Virus record (IMG/VR): IMGVR_UViG_3300025645_000038
Coordinates: 32,001 to 96,000 of that record
Origin: a virus
DNA length: 64,000 bases
Reading direction: 5' to 3' (one strand)
Shown: positions 26,531-35,957 of the stretch, one piece after another
Layout: each line of letters begins with the position of its first letter
Numbering within the stretch: the first letter of the stretch is position 1
Made by a program: the position numbers and the translations under genes
Notes under the pieces: model-generated
The model's database searches: none
The model's input: the letters and a program-made list of their open reading frames with translations, nothing else
Told to the model about the DNA's origin: nothing

Positions 26531-28104
26531 AACCAGGTGTTCTAAAAGATGTGATAAAAAAAGAGTACTCTAAGTGTGCTAAAGACCCTATATACTTTTT
26601 AAAAAAGTATTGTGTGGTTCAGCACCCAATGAAAGGTAAAGTTCCTTTTCATCTTTATCCTTATCAAGAAAAGTCTCTTGCTACATTTGAAGAACATAGA
26701 TTTAACATCATACTAAAAGCTCGTCAGTTAGGATTATCTACATTGACTGCTGGTTACTCTCTTTGGATGATGACATTTCATCAAGATAAAAACATATTAG
26801 TAATCGCAACTAAACAAGATACTGCTAAAAACTTAGTTACAAAGGTTAGGGTGATGCACGCTAACTTACCATCTTGGTTAAAACAAAAATGTACGGAAGA
26901 TAATAAACTATCTCTACGATATAATAATGGTTCACAGATAAAAGCTGTTTCAAGTGGTGAAGATAGTGGTCGTTCAGAAGCTCTATCTCTACTGATACTT
27001 GATGAGGCTGCTTTCATTGATAAGATTGAACCGATATGGGCTGCTGCTTCACAGACACTATCTACTGGTGGACAATGTATTGCACTATCTACACCAAATG
27101 GTATAGGTAATTGGTTTCATAAGACTTGGGTTGGTGCAGAAGATGGTAGTAATGATTGGAACTTCATTAAACTTCATTGGAATTTGCATCCTGAGAGGAA
27201 TGATGAGTGGAGAGCAGAACAAGACAAACTATTAGGCCCGTCATTAGCGGCTCAAGAATGTGATTGTGACTTTCTAACCTCTGGTCAAACTGTTATAGAT
27301 GGTGTTATACTAGAGGAGTATAGAGAAAAACAGACTCAAGACCCTTTAGAAAAAAGAGGAGTTGATAGTAACCTTTGGATATGGCAACCACCTAACTATA
27401 CAAAAGATTATGTGTTGAGTGCTGATGTTAGTAGAGGAGATGGCTCGGATTACTCCGCATTTCATGTTATGGAAGTAGAGACTATGGAACAAGTAGCAGA
27501 ATACAGAGGTAAGATATCAACAAAAGATTTTGGAAACTTATGTGTAAATACAGCAACAGAATATAACAACGCCTTATTAGTAGTTGAAAATAACAATATA
27601 GGTTGGGCTACATTACAACAATGTATTGATAGAGGTTATGAAAACCTTTTTTATACAAGTAAAGATTTAAAGTATGTAGATACAGAACATCAAATAAATA
27701 ATCGATATAGAAACCAAGATAAGAATATGGTAGCTGGTTTTTCTATGACAATGAAGACAAGACCTCTGGTAATAGCTAAATTAGAAGAATATTTTAGAGA
27801 AAAGTCAGTAATTGTTCGTTCAAATCGATTAATTGATGAGTTGTTTGTATTTATATATAACAATAATAAAGCTGAAGCGATGCAGGGATACAACGATGAT
27901 TTAGTGATGAGTTTTGCTCTCACTCTTTGGGTAAGGGATACTGCATTGAGATTACGAAATGAAGGAATAGAACTAACTAAAAGAACTTTAAGTGGTGTAA
28001 CATCACAGATGATACCACAAAAACCAACCAATCAAACGAACTCTTGGGAAATAGAAGTAGGACCCAACGGAGAAAAAGAATCGTTAGATTGGTTACTTAA
28101 CTAA
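26527..28104 (+). CDS. terL: Terminase large subunit (T4 gp17-like)
   Basis: LKARQLGLST (Walker A), LLILDEAAF (Walker B), LSTPNG, nuclease SADVSRG and DDLVMS. The ATG at 26527 overlaps the upstream stop (ATGA) and is preferred to 26491. Confidence 0.95.
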   Translation: MKPGVLKDVIKKEYSKCAKDPIYFLKKYCVVQHPMKGKVPFHLYPYQEKSLATFEEHRFNIILKARQLGLSTLTAGYSLWMMTFHQDKNILVIATKQDTAKNLVTKVRVMHANLPSWLKQKCTEDNKLSLRYNNGSQIKAVSSGEDSGRSEALSLLILDEAAFIDKIEPIWAAASQTLSTGGQCIALSTPNGIGNWFHKTWVGAEDGSNDWNFIKLHWNLHPERNDEWRAEQDKLLGPSLAAQECDCDFLTSGQTVIDGVILEEYREKQTQDPLEKRGVDSNLWIWQPPNYTKDYVLSADVSRGDGSDYSAFHVMEVETMEQVAEYRGKISTKDFGNLCVNTATEYNNALLVVENNNIGWATLQQCIDRGYENLFYTSKDLKYVDTEHQINNRYRNQDKNMVAGFSMTMKTRPLVIAKLEEYFREKSVIVRSNRLIDELFVFIYNNNKAEAMQGYNDDLVMSFALTLWVRDTALRLRNEGIELTKRTLSGVTSQMIPQKPTNQTNSWEIEVGPNGEKESLDWLLN

Positions 28105-28115
28105 GAGGCATAAAA

Positions 28116-29921
28116 ATGGCAGATAAAGATTTATTTTCGAGACTAAAACGACTATTTTCTACGAATACAATTGTTCGTAATATTGGTGGAAGAAAGTTAA
28201 AGATTGTAGACACAGGACAATTACAATCTAATGTACAGACTAATTTAGTTGATAGATATAGTAAGTTGTATTCTAATATGCAACAATATGGTTACAATGA
28301 CCAACTATATCAACAACAACTTCGTTTAGGATTATTTAGGGATTATGAATCAATGGATAGTGATTCCATAATCGCCTCTGCATTAGATATCTATTCTGAT
28401 GAATCTACTATGAAAAACGAGTATGGTAAGGTATTGGATATTACAACAGATAATGACCAGATTCATGACATACTCCATAACCTATTTTATGATATCTTAA
28501 ACATAGAGTTTAATCTATGGCCTTGGGTTCGTAATATGAACAAGTATGGTGATTTCTTTTTACAATTAGAGATTACTGATAAGTATGGTATCACAAATGT
28601 AACTCCTATGTCTGCTTATGATGTGGCTAGAATGGAAGGACACCAGCCCGATAATCCACAAATGGTTCAGTTTATGCTAACACCACAGGGTGATAGTAGT
28701 AGACACTCAGCTAAACAGAAAGACCCAAAGACATTTGAGAACTATGAGGTAGCTCACTTCAGATTACTTTCAGATTCTAATTATGTACCTTATGGTCGTT
28801 CTATGTTAGAGGGTGGTAGAAAGGTGTGGAAACAATTAACTCTTATGGAAGATGCTATGTTGATTCATAGGATTATGAGAGCTCCTGAAAAAAGAGTATT
28901 TAAATTAGACATTGGTAATATACCACCAGCTGAAGTTGATAACTTTATGCAACAAACAATTAATAAGATGAAGAAGGCTCCTGTTATCGATGAGAAGACA
29001 GGTGACTATAATCTTCGTTACAACATCCAAAACCTTACAGAAGATTTCTTTTTACCGGTAAGGGGTGGAGATAGTGGAACTAACATCGAATCACTTAGTG
29101 GTTTAGACTATGATGCTGTTGACGATATTGAATATTTAAGAAACAGACTTATGGCTTCTCTGAGAGTTCCAAAGGCTTTCTTAGGATATGAAGAAGGATT
29201 GGGTTCTAAAGCTACGTTGGCTGCTGAAGATGTAAGGTTTGCTAGAACAATCGAAAGAATACAGAGAATTGTAGTTAGTGAGTTGACTAAGATTGCTGTA
29301 GTTCATCTGTATGCTCAAGGTTATCGTGACCAAGAGTTGGTAAACTTTGACTTAAAACTTACCAATCCATCTACTATATACGAGCAAGAAAAGCTTGAAT
29401 TGTGGAATCAAAAAGCTTCTTTAGCAGACTCTATGATAAGAGATGGTTTGATGTCAACAGAATGGATTTACAAAAATGTGTTTGGCTTTAGTGACGAAGA
29501 AATGAAAGAGAACGATGACCAAATAATTTTTGATTACAAAAACAAGTTTAGAAGACAACAGATTGAAGCTGAGGGTAACGATCCTGCTAAAAGTGGTCAG
29601 TCACAAGGTACACCATCTGATTTAGCTATGGGTAGAACAGGTCATGAGTTAGAAGATGAGGGTGGTTCGGAAAAAGGTGGACAACCAGGTGCTGGAAGAC
29701 CAAAGGAAGCTAACAAATATGGTAAGGATAGTGGAGCTAGAGGTAGAGATCCATTAGGAGCACATGATAAGAAGATGGCTCATGGTGCTGTAGCAACACA
29801 TCACTATGAAAATCTGTTTAAACATTTAGGTAAAAACGCGAAGACACTACTTTCTGAGTCAAGTGAGTTGGAAAATGAATATAAATCAGAAGTATCTTCC
29901 CTTAATACTAAGAAAAATTAA
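28116..29921 (+). CDS. Portal protein (T4 gp20-like)
   Basis: QLTLMEDAMLIHRIMRAPEKRVFKLDIGN, EDFFLPVRGGDSGT, LRVPKAFL; directly follows terL. Confidence 0.95.
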   Translation: MADKDLFSRLKRLFSTNTIVRNIGGRKLKIVDTGQLQSNVQTNLVDRYSKLYSNMQQYGYNDQLYQQQLRLGLFRDYESMDSDSIIASALDIYSDESTMKNEYGKVLDITTDNDQIHDILHNLFYDILNIEFNLWPWVRNMNKYGDFFLQLEITDKYGITNVTPMSAYDVARMEGHQPDNPQMVQFMLTPQGDSSRHSAKQKDPKTFENYEVAHFRLLSDSNYVPYGRSMLEGGRKVWKQLTLMEDAMLIHRIMRAPEKRVFKLDIGNIPPAEVDNFMQQTINKMKKAPVIDEKTGDYNLRYNIQNLTEDFFLPVRGGDSGTNIESLSGLDYDAVDDIEYLRNRLMASLRVPKAFLGYEEGLGSKATLAAEDVRFARTIERIQRIVVSELTKIAVVHLYAQGYRDQELVNFDLKLTNPSTIYEQEKLELWNQKASLADSMIRDGLMSTEWIYKNVFGFSDEEMKENDDQIIFDYKNKFRRQQIEAEGNDPAKSGQSQGTPSDLAMGRTGHELEDEGGSEKGGQPGAGRPKEANKYGKDSGARGRDPLGAHDKKMAHGAVATHHYENLFKHLGKNAKTLLSESSELENEYKSEVSSLNTKKN

Positions 29922-29929
29922 GTTATCAT

Positions 29930-29937
29930 ATATTTAT
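29930..29937 (+). promoter_or_regulatory. ATATTTATW putative late-promoter element
   Basis: ATATTTATATATGAA in the gap after portal; shares this 15-mer with the 21629 copy. Confidence 0.6.
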
Positions 29938-29971
29938 ATATGAAGAATTATATAAACGATTGGAGTATAAT

Positions 29972-30826
29972 ATGAGTTCAAAGACAAAACACTCAAAGAT
30001 CCGTAATACTGGTATCTTATTTGAGTTGTTGACAAGACAAATTACAGTTGATGTCCTTAATAATGATAAAAAAGGTTCAGCGGCTAATATATTAAAGGAG
30101 TTTTTCAATAATAAGACTCAATTAGGAAAAGAGTATGAATTGTATAGAGTTTTGACTGTAGAAAATTATACATCTGAAATAAAAGCTAATCATTTAGTAG
30201 ATGCTGTAGTAAAGGCTCGTCAAAAACTAAATGGTTCTCAATTAAAAAGAGAAAAATACAATCTAATTAAAGAAATAAAGAAGACTTATAATATAAATGA
30301 CTTCTTTATGGCTAGGATTCCAAATTATAAAGTAAATGCTTCAATATTTAAAGTCTTTGATTCTAATACTGATGGAAATCCAGCGTCTGAAGTAGATAGT
30401 AGGTTCACAATCGTAGAGCATGTAACAAGAAAACAGATTTCTAACAAAAAAGAAGACAAGAAACTTGTTGAGGGCTACAAAAAGCAAGAAAAAGACTTGA
30501 GATTACTTGCTTATGGTATATTAGTCGAAAAATTTAACAAAAAGTACAGTTCTTTAAGTAAATCACAGAAAAAACTACTTAAAGAGTACATAAATAACAT
30601 TTCTAACACCAATTCTCTTAAAGAGTTCGTAGAAACTGAAACAATTAAGGTAAAATCTAAACTCCAATCGTTTTTACCTAAAGTTAGTGATAAAGTTACT
30701 AAGATTAAGCTTCAAGAAGCTATTAATCAAGCAGAAACTCTTATGAAGGGAAGAATTGTTGAAGATAAACAAGTAGTTACGCTAATGAGGTATTATCAAT
30801 TAGTTAAGGAGCTTGAAAATGTCTAA
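29972..30826 (+). CDS. Head-module protein of unknown function
   Basis: Predicted helical 284-aa ORF starting MSSKTKHSKIRNTGILFELL; GGAG at 29962 favours the ATG at 29972. Confidence 0.7.
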   Translation: MSSKTKHSKIRNTGILFELLTRQITVDVLNNDKKGSAANILKEFFNNKTQLGKEYELYRVLTVENYTSEIKANHLVDAVVKARQKLNGSQLKREKYNLIKEIKKTYNINDFFMARIPNYKVNASIFKVFDSNTDGNPASEVDSRFTIVEHVTRKQISNKKEDKKLVEGYKKQEKDLRLLAYGILVEKFNKKYSSLSKSQKKLLKEYINNISNTNSLKEFVETETIKVKSKLQSFLPKVSDKVTKIKLQEAINQAETLMKGRIVEDKQVVTLMRYYQLVKELENV

Positions 30827-31247
30827 AATGGATAAACTCAAAGAGATAATCAGAGAGTTAATCAAAAGGGAACTTGATGAGGCTTCTACTTCAGCTGCCA
30901 CACCAGGTTACCAAACACCTTACGCATTTAGTGGTGGTAGAAGTAAAGATAAGAAGAAAAAGAAGAAGATAGCTACAAACTCTACTGGATACAGTAAGGT
31001 AAATGAGGGTAAGTATCACGATTATAGAAATGACGATACTTTATCACCAAAACAAAAAATTGGTCGTTCAATGAGAGAGATTAGAGATAGTCTTAACGAA
31101 TTGAACAAGTTAGTAAAGATGAATGTTCGTCTTAAAAATGAATTAAAAGTTGATTCTAGGTCATATTGGAAAAATACACATAAGGCTTTAAATAAAATAA
31201 GTGAGAGGTTAGTAAAACTAGCAAACAAAGTTGGTCAATTACAGTAG
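30819..31247 (+). CDS. Putative head-internal protein
   Basis: AAGGAG 7 nt before ATG 30819; MDKLKEIIRELIKRELDE leader, KVNE linker, poly-Lys tract. Confidence 0.6.
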   Translation: MSKMDKLKEIIRELIKRELDEASTSAATPGYQTPYAFSGGRSKDKKKKKKIATNSTGYSKVNEGKYHDYRNDDTLSPKQKIGRSMREIRDSLNELNKLVKMNVRLKNELKVDSRSYWKNTHKALNKISERLVKLANKVGQLQ

Positions 31248-31254
31248 CTTCGCT

Positions 31255-31440
31255 ATGGCGTTTGAAGACAAAAAGAAATCCTATATGGATACTCTTTTTA
31301 GTATTTCGACTCTGTTAAAAAGATGGCAGGTTGAGATACAAAGAAAAGATGTAGATAAGACTTATATGTTAAGAAGACTTGGACAATGGATAGAACAGTT
31401 GGAAAGTCTTAAACATGAAATAATGATGGAGAAAGATTAA
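31255..31440 (+). CDS. Hypothetical protein
   Basis: 61-aa helical ORF from ATG 31255; its stop overlaps the next start. Confidence 0.55.
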   Translation: MAFEDKKKSYMDTLFSISTLLKRWQVEIQRKDVDKTYMLRRLGQWIEQLESLKHEIMMEKD

Positions 31441-32054
31441 TGATATCACTATTAGAAATAGCACATAGTATGAATGAGGCTGATGACGATAAGTATGTAT
31501 CTATCGGTTTTGGTAGGTTCAAACTTAAAGGTAAGGAAGATGACGATGATGCTGATGTCTATGCAAAAACCGACTCTGGTGAGTATGTAAAATCTGCTGA
31601 CCAAGAGAGTGATGACGATGGTGGTGAAAAAGACAAACCAGAACCACAGGGTAGTAAGTTAAGTGGTAGTGATTTTGAAAGAGATAGTAGTGACAACGAA
31701 GAAAGTGATGATGTAGAAATATCAGATGCTAACTCTGGTCCTATCGATACGGATGATATTATGGACATGTTAAAAAATGATTCTGAAGTTGTTGATAAGA
31801 TGGGCGATGATGTGTATTGGGATGGTATGGATTTAGTTAGTTCAAAGTATGATGATGATACAATAGCATCTATACCTGATGATGCTGATATGACTTTAGG
31901 AGATTTGAAAAAACAAATAATGGATTACGAAGAAGAACAAGACGAATCAATCAAAGTAATCGATGGAAAAAAATATAAAGCAATAAAGGAATCAAAAAAG
32001 AATCCTCGTATATTAAAAGAAATTTATGAGAGAACATTTAGGAGTTTAAAATGA
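31440..32054 (+). CDS. Acidic putative head-internal protein
   Basis: MISLLEIAHSMNE leader; very Asp/Glu-rich; immediately before the prohead protease. Confidence 0.6.
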   Translation: MISLLEIAHSMNEADDDKYVSIGFGRFKLKGKEDDDDADVYAKTDSGEYVKSADQESDDDGGEKDKPEPQGSKLSGSDFERDSSDNEESDDVEISDANSGPIDTDDIMDMLKNDSEVVDKMGDDVYWDGMDLVSSKYDDDTIASIPDDADMTLGDLKKQIMDYEEEQDESIKVIDGKKYKAIKESKKNPRILKEIYERTFRSLK

Positions 32055-32653
32055 AACAATTAATCGTAGACTATTTACCATTTGAGGTAGGGCCTGACCA
32101 GATAAACGAGGCTATGAAAGAGAACAACGGAAAGTTAGTTGTTAAGGGTGTTCTACAAAGAGCAGATACCAAAAATCAAAATGGTAGGGTATATCCAAGA
32201 GAAATTTTAATGCGTGAAGCAAAGAAGTATTCCGATGGATTCGTAAAACAAAAAAGAGCTATGGGAGAACTTGACCATCCTGAATCATCTGTTGTGAACT
32301 TACAAAATGTATCACATAACATTACAGATATGAACTTCAATGGTGATGACCTAGTTGGTACAGTAGAAATACTTACAACTCCAAGTGGTAACATACTAAG
32401 AGAATTATTTAAGAATGGAATTAAACTAGGTATCTCTTCTCGTGGTATGGGTTCGGTTGAATCTGTTAATGAGGGAGAGACACAACAGGTTGGTGATGAC
32501 TTTGAACTTATTGCTTTTGACTTTGTTTCTAATCCGTCTACACATGGTGCTTTCCTATATCCAATGAATGAGAGTGTTGATAACAATATTTCAGTTCGTG
32601 ATACTAAGTATGGTAAAGTAGAAGCAGTCATTAACGATATAATGAGAGGCTAA
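32051..32653 (+). CDS. Prohead core protease (T4 gp21-like)
   Basis: NQNGRVYP, GELDHP, VSH, LGISSRGMGS, FDFVSNPS. Confidence 0.95.
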   Translation: MKQLIVDYLPFEVGPDQINEAMKENNGKLVVKGVLQRADTKNQNGRVYPREILMREAKKYSDGFVKQKRAMGELDHPESSVVNLQNVSHNITDMNFNGDDLVGTVEILTTPSGNILRELFKNGIKLGISSRGMGSVESVNEGETQQVGDDFELIAFDFVSNPSTHGAFLYPMNESVDNNISVRDTKYGKVEAVINDIMRG

Positions 32654-33510
32654 TGTCAAAAAAGAGAGACTATAAAGATGAGTATAAGAAATTTCAATCT
32701 TCTACAAAGTCTAAAAAGTATAGGGCAGAATTAAATAAGTACAATCGTAAGAAAGGTACTTATGGAAATGGTGATGGCAAAGACGCCTCACACAAAGGGG
32801 GAAAGATAGTGGGATTCGAATCACAATCTAAAAACAGAGGAAGAGCTGAAAAGAGTCGTTTAAAGAAAGAGGCTGTTCTAAATGAAAATCCAGCAGTGAT
32901 TGCAACTGCAGCTCGTATGGCTATACAAAATGCTAAGGGTAAAAAAGTATCAGTCAATACTGCTCGCCAATCTAAATATGCTAGTACAGACCCATCAGCT
33001 CACAAGAAAGCTAAAAGTATATTCCAAAGAATTAAAGATAAGTTTAAAAAGAAAGATGATAAACCTAAAAAGAAATCAGCTCCTACCACAGCAGCTGACT
33101 TTCGTAGAAGAAGAAGAGGTGAGTCTATAAATGAGAATGATAAAGTAAAGGTTCTTAAACATCTTATCAAAAGAGGTAATAATCCTAAAGATGCTAAAAG
33201 GGATGTTCAAAAACTTTATAATAAAGTAAATAAGATGTATAAGAATGCATCACCATCTAAAAAAGCCGAAATCATTTCTTCTCTATCTGCTTATAAAATG
33301 GAATCTGTAAATAAAGCTAATAATATAGATAAGATAAAAGATATTGTCAAGAAAAAACAATTCAAAAGAATCGGTGGAGTTATTATAGACATGCAAACTG
33401 CTAATGCTATAATGCAAGTACATAAAGCATTAAGTGGTGCTAATAAAAAGAAGTATGAGAAGTTGTCTATATCAAAGATGGCATCTATTGCATACAAACT
33501 GATAAAATGA
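32653..33510 (+). CDS. Basic multi-module protein with an N-terminal HNH-like module
   Basis: RDYKDEY...DGKDASHKGG...SKNRGR resembles minimal phage HNH-like proteins. Modules are separated by VLNE, SINE and KME. Confidence 0.55.
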   Translation: MSKKRDYKDEYKKFQSSTKSKKYRAELNKYNRKKGTYGNGDGKDASHKGGKIVGFESQSKNRGRAEKSRLKKEAVLNENPAVIATAARMAIQNAKGKKVSVNTARQSKYASTDPSAHKKAKSIFQRIKDKFKKKDDKPKKKSAPTTAADFRRRRRGESINENDKVKVLKHLIKRGNNPKDAKRDVQKLYNKVNKMYKNASPSKKAEIISSLSAYKMESVNKANNIDKIKDIVKKKQFKRIGGVIIDMQTANAIMQVHKALSGANKKKYEKLSISKMASIAYKLIK

Positions 33511-33869
33511 TAAAACTCAAAGACATATTACTAGAACATCCAGACGATTACGCTGATAAAGATGCTGATGATATAATCAAACTTTTGAGAAGAAAACAAA
33601 AGTATGACCAGTTTGATGGTATAGGAACAACTGAGGCTAAAGACCACGAAGGTAAGATGGCTAAATCTCAATTAGAACGTTCTATGAAGTATGCAAAAAT
33701 GATTTACAAAATAGTTGATAATGTTGGTAATGGTGGTGAAGTATCAATGCCAGCTTGGGTTCAGTCTAAACTAACCAAATCTATGGATTACTTACAATCG
33801 GTATATAATTACTTAGATGGTAAGGATGGTTTAGAAGATAAATTTCAAAAAGAAAATTCAAAAAAGTAA
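33507..33869 (+). CDS. Putative head-internal protein
   Basis: MIKLKDILLE leader followed by a DHEGKMAKSQL...PAWVQSKLT helical module. Confidence 0.6.
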   Translation: MIKLKDILLEHPDDYADKDADDIIKLLRRKQKYDQFDGIGTTEAKDHEGKMAKSQLERSMKYAKMIYKIVDNVGNGGEVSMPAWVQSKLTKSMDYLQSVYNYLDGKDGLEDKFQKENSKK

Positions 33870-33876
33870 TATTTAT
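33869..33876 (+). promoter_or_regulatory. ATATTTATW putative late-promoter element
   Basis: ATATTTATA squeezed into a 24-bp gap ahead of AAGGAG. Confidence 0.55.
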
Positions 33877-33893
33877 ATCTAAGGAGATAAATT

Positions 33894-34529
33894 ATGGCTA
33901 ACATTAAATTAAAAGATTTACTAAACGAAATGACAGTAGCTGGTGGTATTGTTTCTGAAAGTCCTTGGACAAAGAACGAAGAAGAAAAACCATCTATAAA
34001 TGTAAAAGAATTAGTAGAATCAATTCGTAACTTTAACTCTATAGGTGAATCCATCTATGGTAAAGGTAGCTTAAAAGAAGTAGCTGAAAGTCTTTCATCT
34101 ATTGCTGAAGGTGCTGCTCAACATACTCTATCTGAAGCAGGTGATATGTTTGATAAGGTTACAGTTAGTCGTAATATGAAAGAACTTACAGGCTTATCAA
34201 AGCAATTTGGTAAAGTATCTAGCGAAGCTAACTCTCTACAAGAAAGAATGAGTGGTTTATACGAAGACATGGGTAACATCTTAGGTAGATACTATGAGAT
34301 TGGTGAAAAGCATGTGCCAGGTCATGATGATGAAGATTCAGAAGACAGAGGTGATATGGATGAAGCTGAAACAATGATGTTTAGAGAAGAAGATGATTAC
34401 AAAGCATTCTTCAAAAAAGCTATGAAAAAATTTAATGTATCTGATATTGAAGATATGAGTGATGAAGATAAAAAAGACTTCTTCAACTATGTAGATAGAA
34501 ACTATAAGGCGAAAAACGAAAAAGACTAA
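33894..34529 (+). CDS. Putative prohead core/internal protein
   Basis: MANIKLKDLLNE leader, helical core, acidic linker; strong AAGGAG. Confidence 0.6.
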   Translation: MANIKLKDLLNEMTVAGGIVSESPWTKNEEEKPSINVKELVESIRNFNSIGESIYGKGSLKEVAESLSSIAEGAAQHTLSEAGDMFDKVTVSRNMKELTGLSKQFGKVSSEANSLQERMSGLYEDMGNILGRYYEIGEKHVPGHDDEDSEDRGDMDEAETMMFREEDDYKAFFKKAMKKFNVSDIEDMSDEDKKDFFNYVDRNYKAKNEKD

Positions 34530-34538
34530 GAGGTTAAT

Positions 34539-34766
34539 ATGTCAATAAAAGTTGTAGTAAAGAATAATAATATCGAGAAAGCTCTCAGTATATTCAAAAG
34601 AAAAGTAAAAGATTCAAACCTTATGTTTGAACTTAGAGAGCGTGAGTTTTACAAAAAACCATCTGCTGTTAGAAAAGAGATGAAAAACAAAGCAAAAGCT
34701 CGTAATTATTGGAAAAAAATCAAATTAATGGAAGAAGTTAGTAGAAATAGAGGTAGAAAATATTAA
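34539..34766 (+). CDS. rpsU: Phage-encoded 30S ribosomal protein bS21
   Basis: VVVKNNNIEKALSIFKRKV...ELREREFYKKPSAVRK...KAKAR is the bS21 signature; 75 aa, basic; GAGG upstream. Confidence 0.93.
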   Translation: MSIKVVVKNNNIEKALSIFKRKVKDSNLMFELREREFYKKPSAVRKEMKNKAKARNYWKKIKLMEEVSRNRGRKY

Positions 34767-34772
34767 TTCCTT

Positions 34773-34780
34773 ATATTTAT
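34773..34780 (+). promoter_or_regulatory. ATATTTATW putative late-promoter element for scaffold/capsid genes
   Basis: CCTTATATTTATATAT, identical over 16 nt to the copy at 21625-21640. Confidence 0.65.
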
Positions 34781-34797
34781 ATATATCAAAACTAAAC

Positions 34798-34864
34798 ACA
34801 CCGTTCCTATCGTATACGGTGTAACCGAAATATAATAATTCTATTATAGTTCCCAATAACTATA
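34798..34864 (+). promoter_or_regulatory. Two-hairpin 5' leader of the scaffold/capsid operon
   Basis: ACACCGT(34798)-11 nt-ACGGTGT(34822) and TATAGTT(34845)-6 nt-AACTATA(34864); neither is followed by a U-tract. Confidence 0.5.
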
Positions 34865-34889
34865 CTAAATCCTAAATAGGAGAATAATA

Positions 34890-35942
34890 ATGGATGATCT
34901 CTTAAAAGAGGCAATTGCTGACGCAAAAGCTGTTCGTGAAACTGCTTTAGAAAACGCAAAGATGGCTTTAGAAGAGGCTTTTACTCCAAGATTACAGAAT
35001 ATGTTATCTCAGAAAATCCAAAACGAAATCGAAGACGAAGATGATGAAAAGAAAGATGAAGATGTTGATTTGGAAGAAAGAGAAGATGATGATGAAGACA
35101 TGGAAGAAAGAGCCATGAATGATGAAGATGAAGATCCTTCTGATGAGCATTCTGAAGAAGAAATGGATGAGTCTGAAATAATCGAAATCGATGGTGTTAA
35201 ATATGCACCTGTAGTATCTGAAGAAGAAGACGAAGATGAAGAAGATATGGATGAGATGAAAGATGAAGACGATGAAGACATGGATGAAGATCTTGATTTA
35301 GAAGCTGTAATTAAAGAGCTTGAATCTGAACTTGATGAGGCTGAAGAAGTCGAAGAAAGTAAAGAAGAAGTTGAAGAACAATCTAAATCTTCTGGCATTG
35401 GTGCTGGTGACAACAAAGTTAGTCAACCAAGTGCTGGTGATGAAGAAGATCCGGGTAAAGGAAAACTCAAAGAGGGTGAAGATAAAGACGACAAAGAGGT
35501 TGATGAAGATATCGATCTTGATGAAGTTCTTGCAGCTCTTTCTGAGGAAGAAGATGAAGATGAGAAGAAGGATGAAGTTAAAGAACTTAAATCCGACCTT
35601 GAAGAACATCGTTCCGTAATCGAAACACTTCGTGAAAAGCTAAATGAAGTCAACTTGTTAAATGCTAAACTTTTATTCACAAACAAACTATTCAGAAAGC
35701 ATGGTTTGAACAATGAACAGAAGATGAAAGTCGTTGAGCAATTCGATAGAGCATCAAACCTAAGAGAAGTCAAGTTAGTGTATTCTACACTTGGTGAATC
35801 TTTTGGTGCTAGAAAAAATGAAATTAATGAATCTAAGGGAGCTGCTTCAAAGCCAATAGCATCTACCAAACCTGAAAAAGAAGTAATAACTGAAAGTTCA
35901 GATTTGAGAGATAGGTTTAAAAAGCTAGCTAACCTTATTTAA
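34890..35942 (+). CDS. Prohead scaffolding/core protein (gp22-like)
   Basis: Extremely acidic centre, coiled-coil C-terminus, INE/ITE sites; directly upstream of the capsid gene; AGGAG. Confidence 0.8.
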   Translation: MDDLLKEAIADAKAVRETALENAKMALEEAFTPRLQNMLSQKIQNEIEDEDDEKKDEDVDLEEREDDDEDMEERAMNDEDEDPSDEHSEEEMDESEIIEIDGVKYAPVVSEEEDEDEEDMDEMKDEDDEDMDEDLDLEAVIKELESELDEAEEVEESKEEVEEQSKSSGIGAGDNKVSQPSAGDEEDPGKGKLKEGEDKDDKEVDEDIDLDEVLAALSEEEDEDEKKDEVKELKSDLEEHRSVIETLREKLNEVNLLNAKLLFTNKLFRKHGLNNEQKMKVVEQFDRASNLREVKLVYSTLGESFGARKNEINESKGAASKPIASTKPEKEVITESSDLRDRFKKLANLI

Positions 35943-35957
35943 TTGGGAGACAATAAA

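Noticed and set aside
35009-35869. Poly-Ser minus-strand ORFs and the +1-frame ORF at 35320
   Set aside because: They mirror the GAA/GAT-rich acidic scaffold gene.
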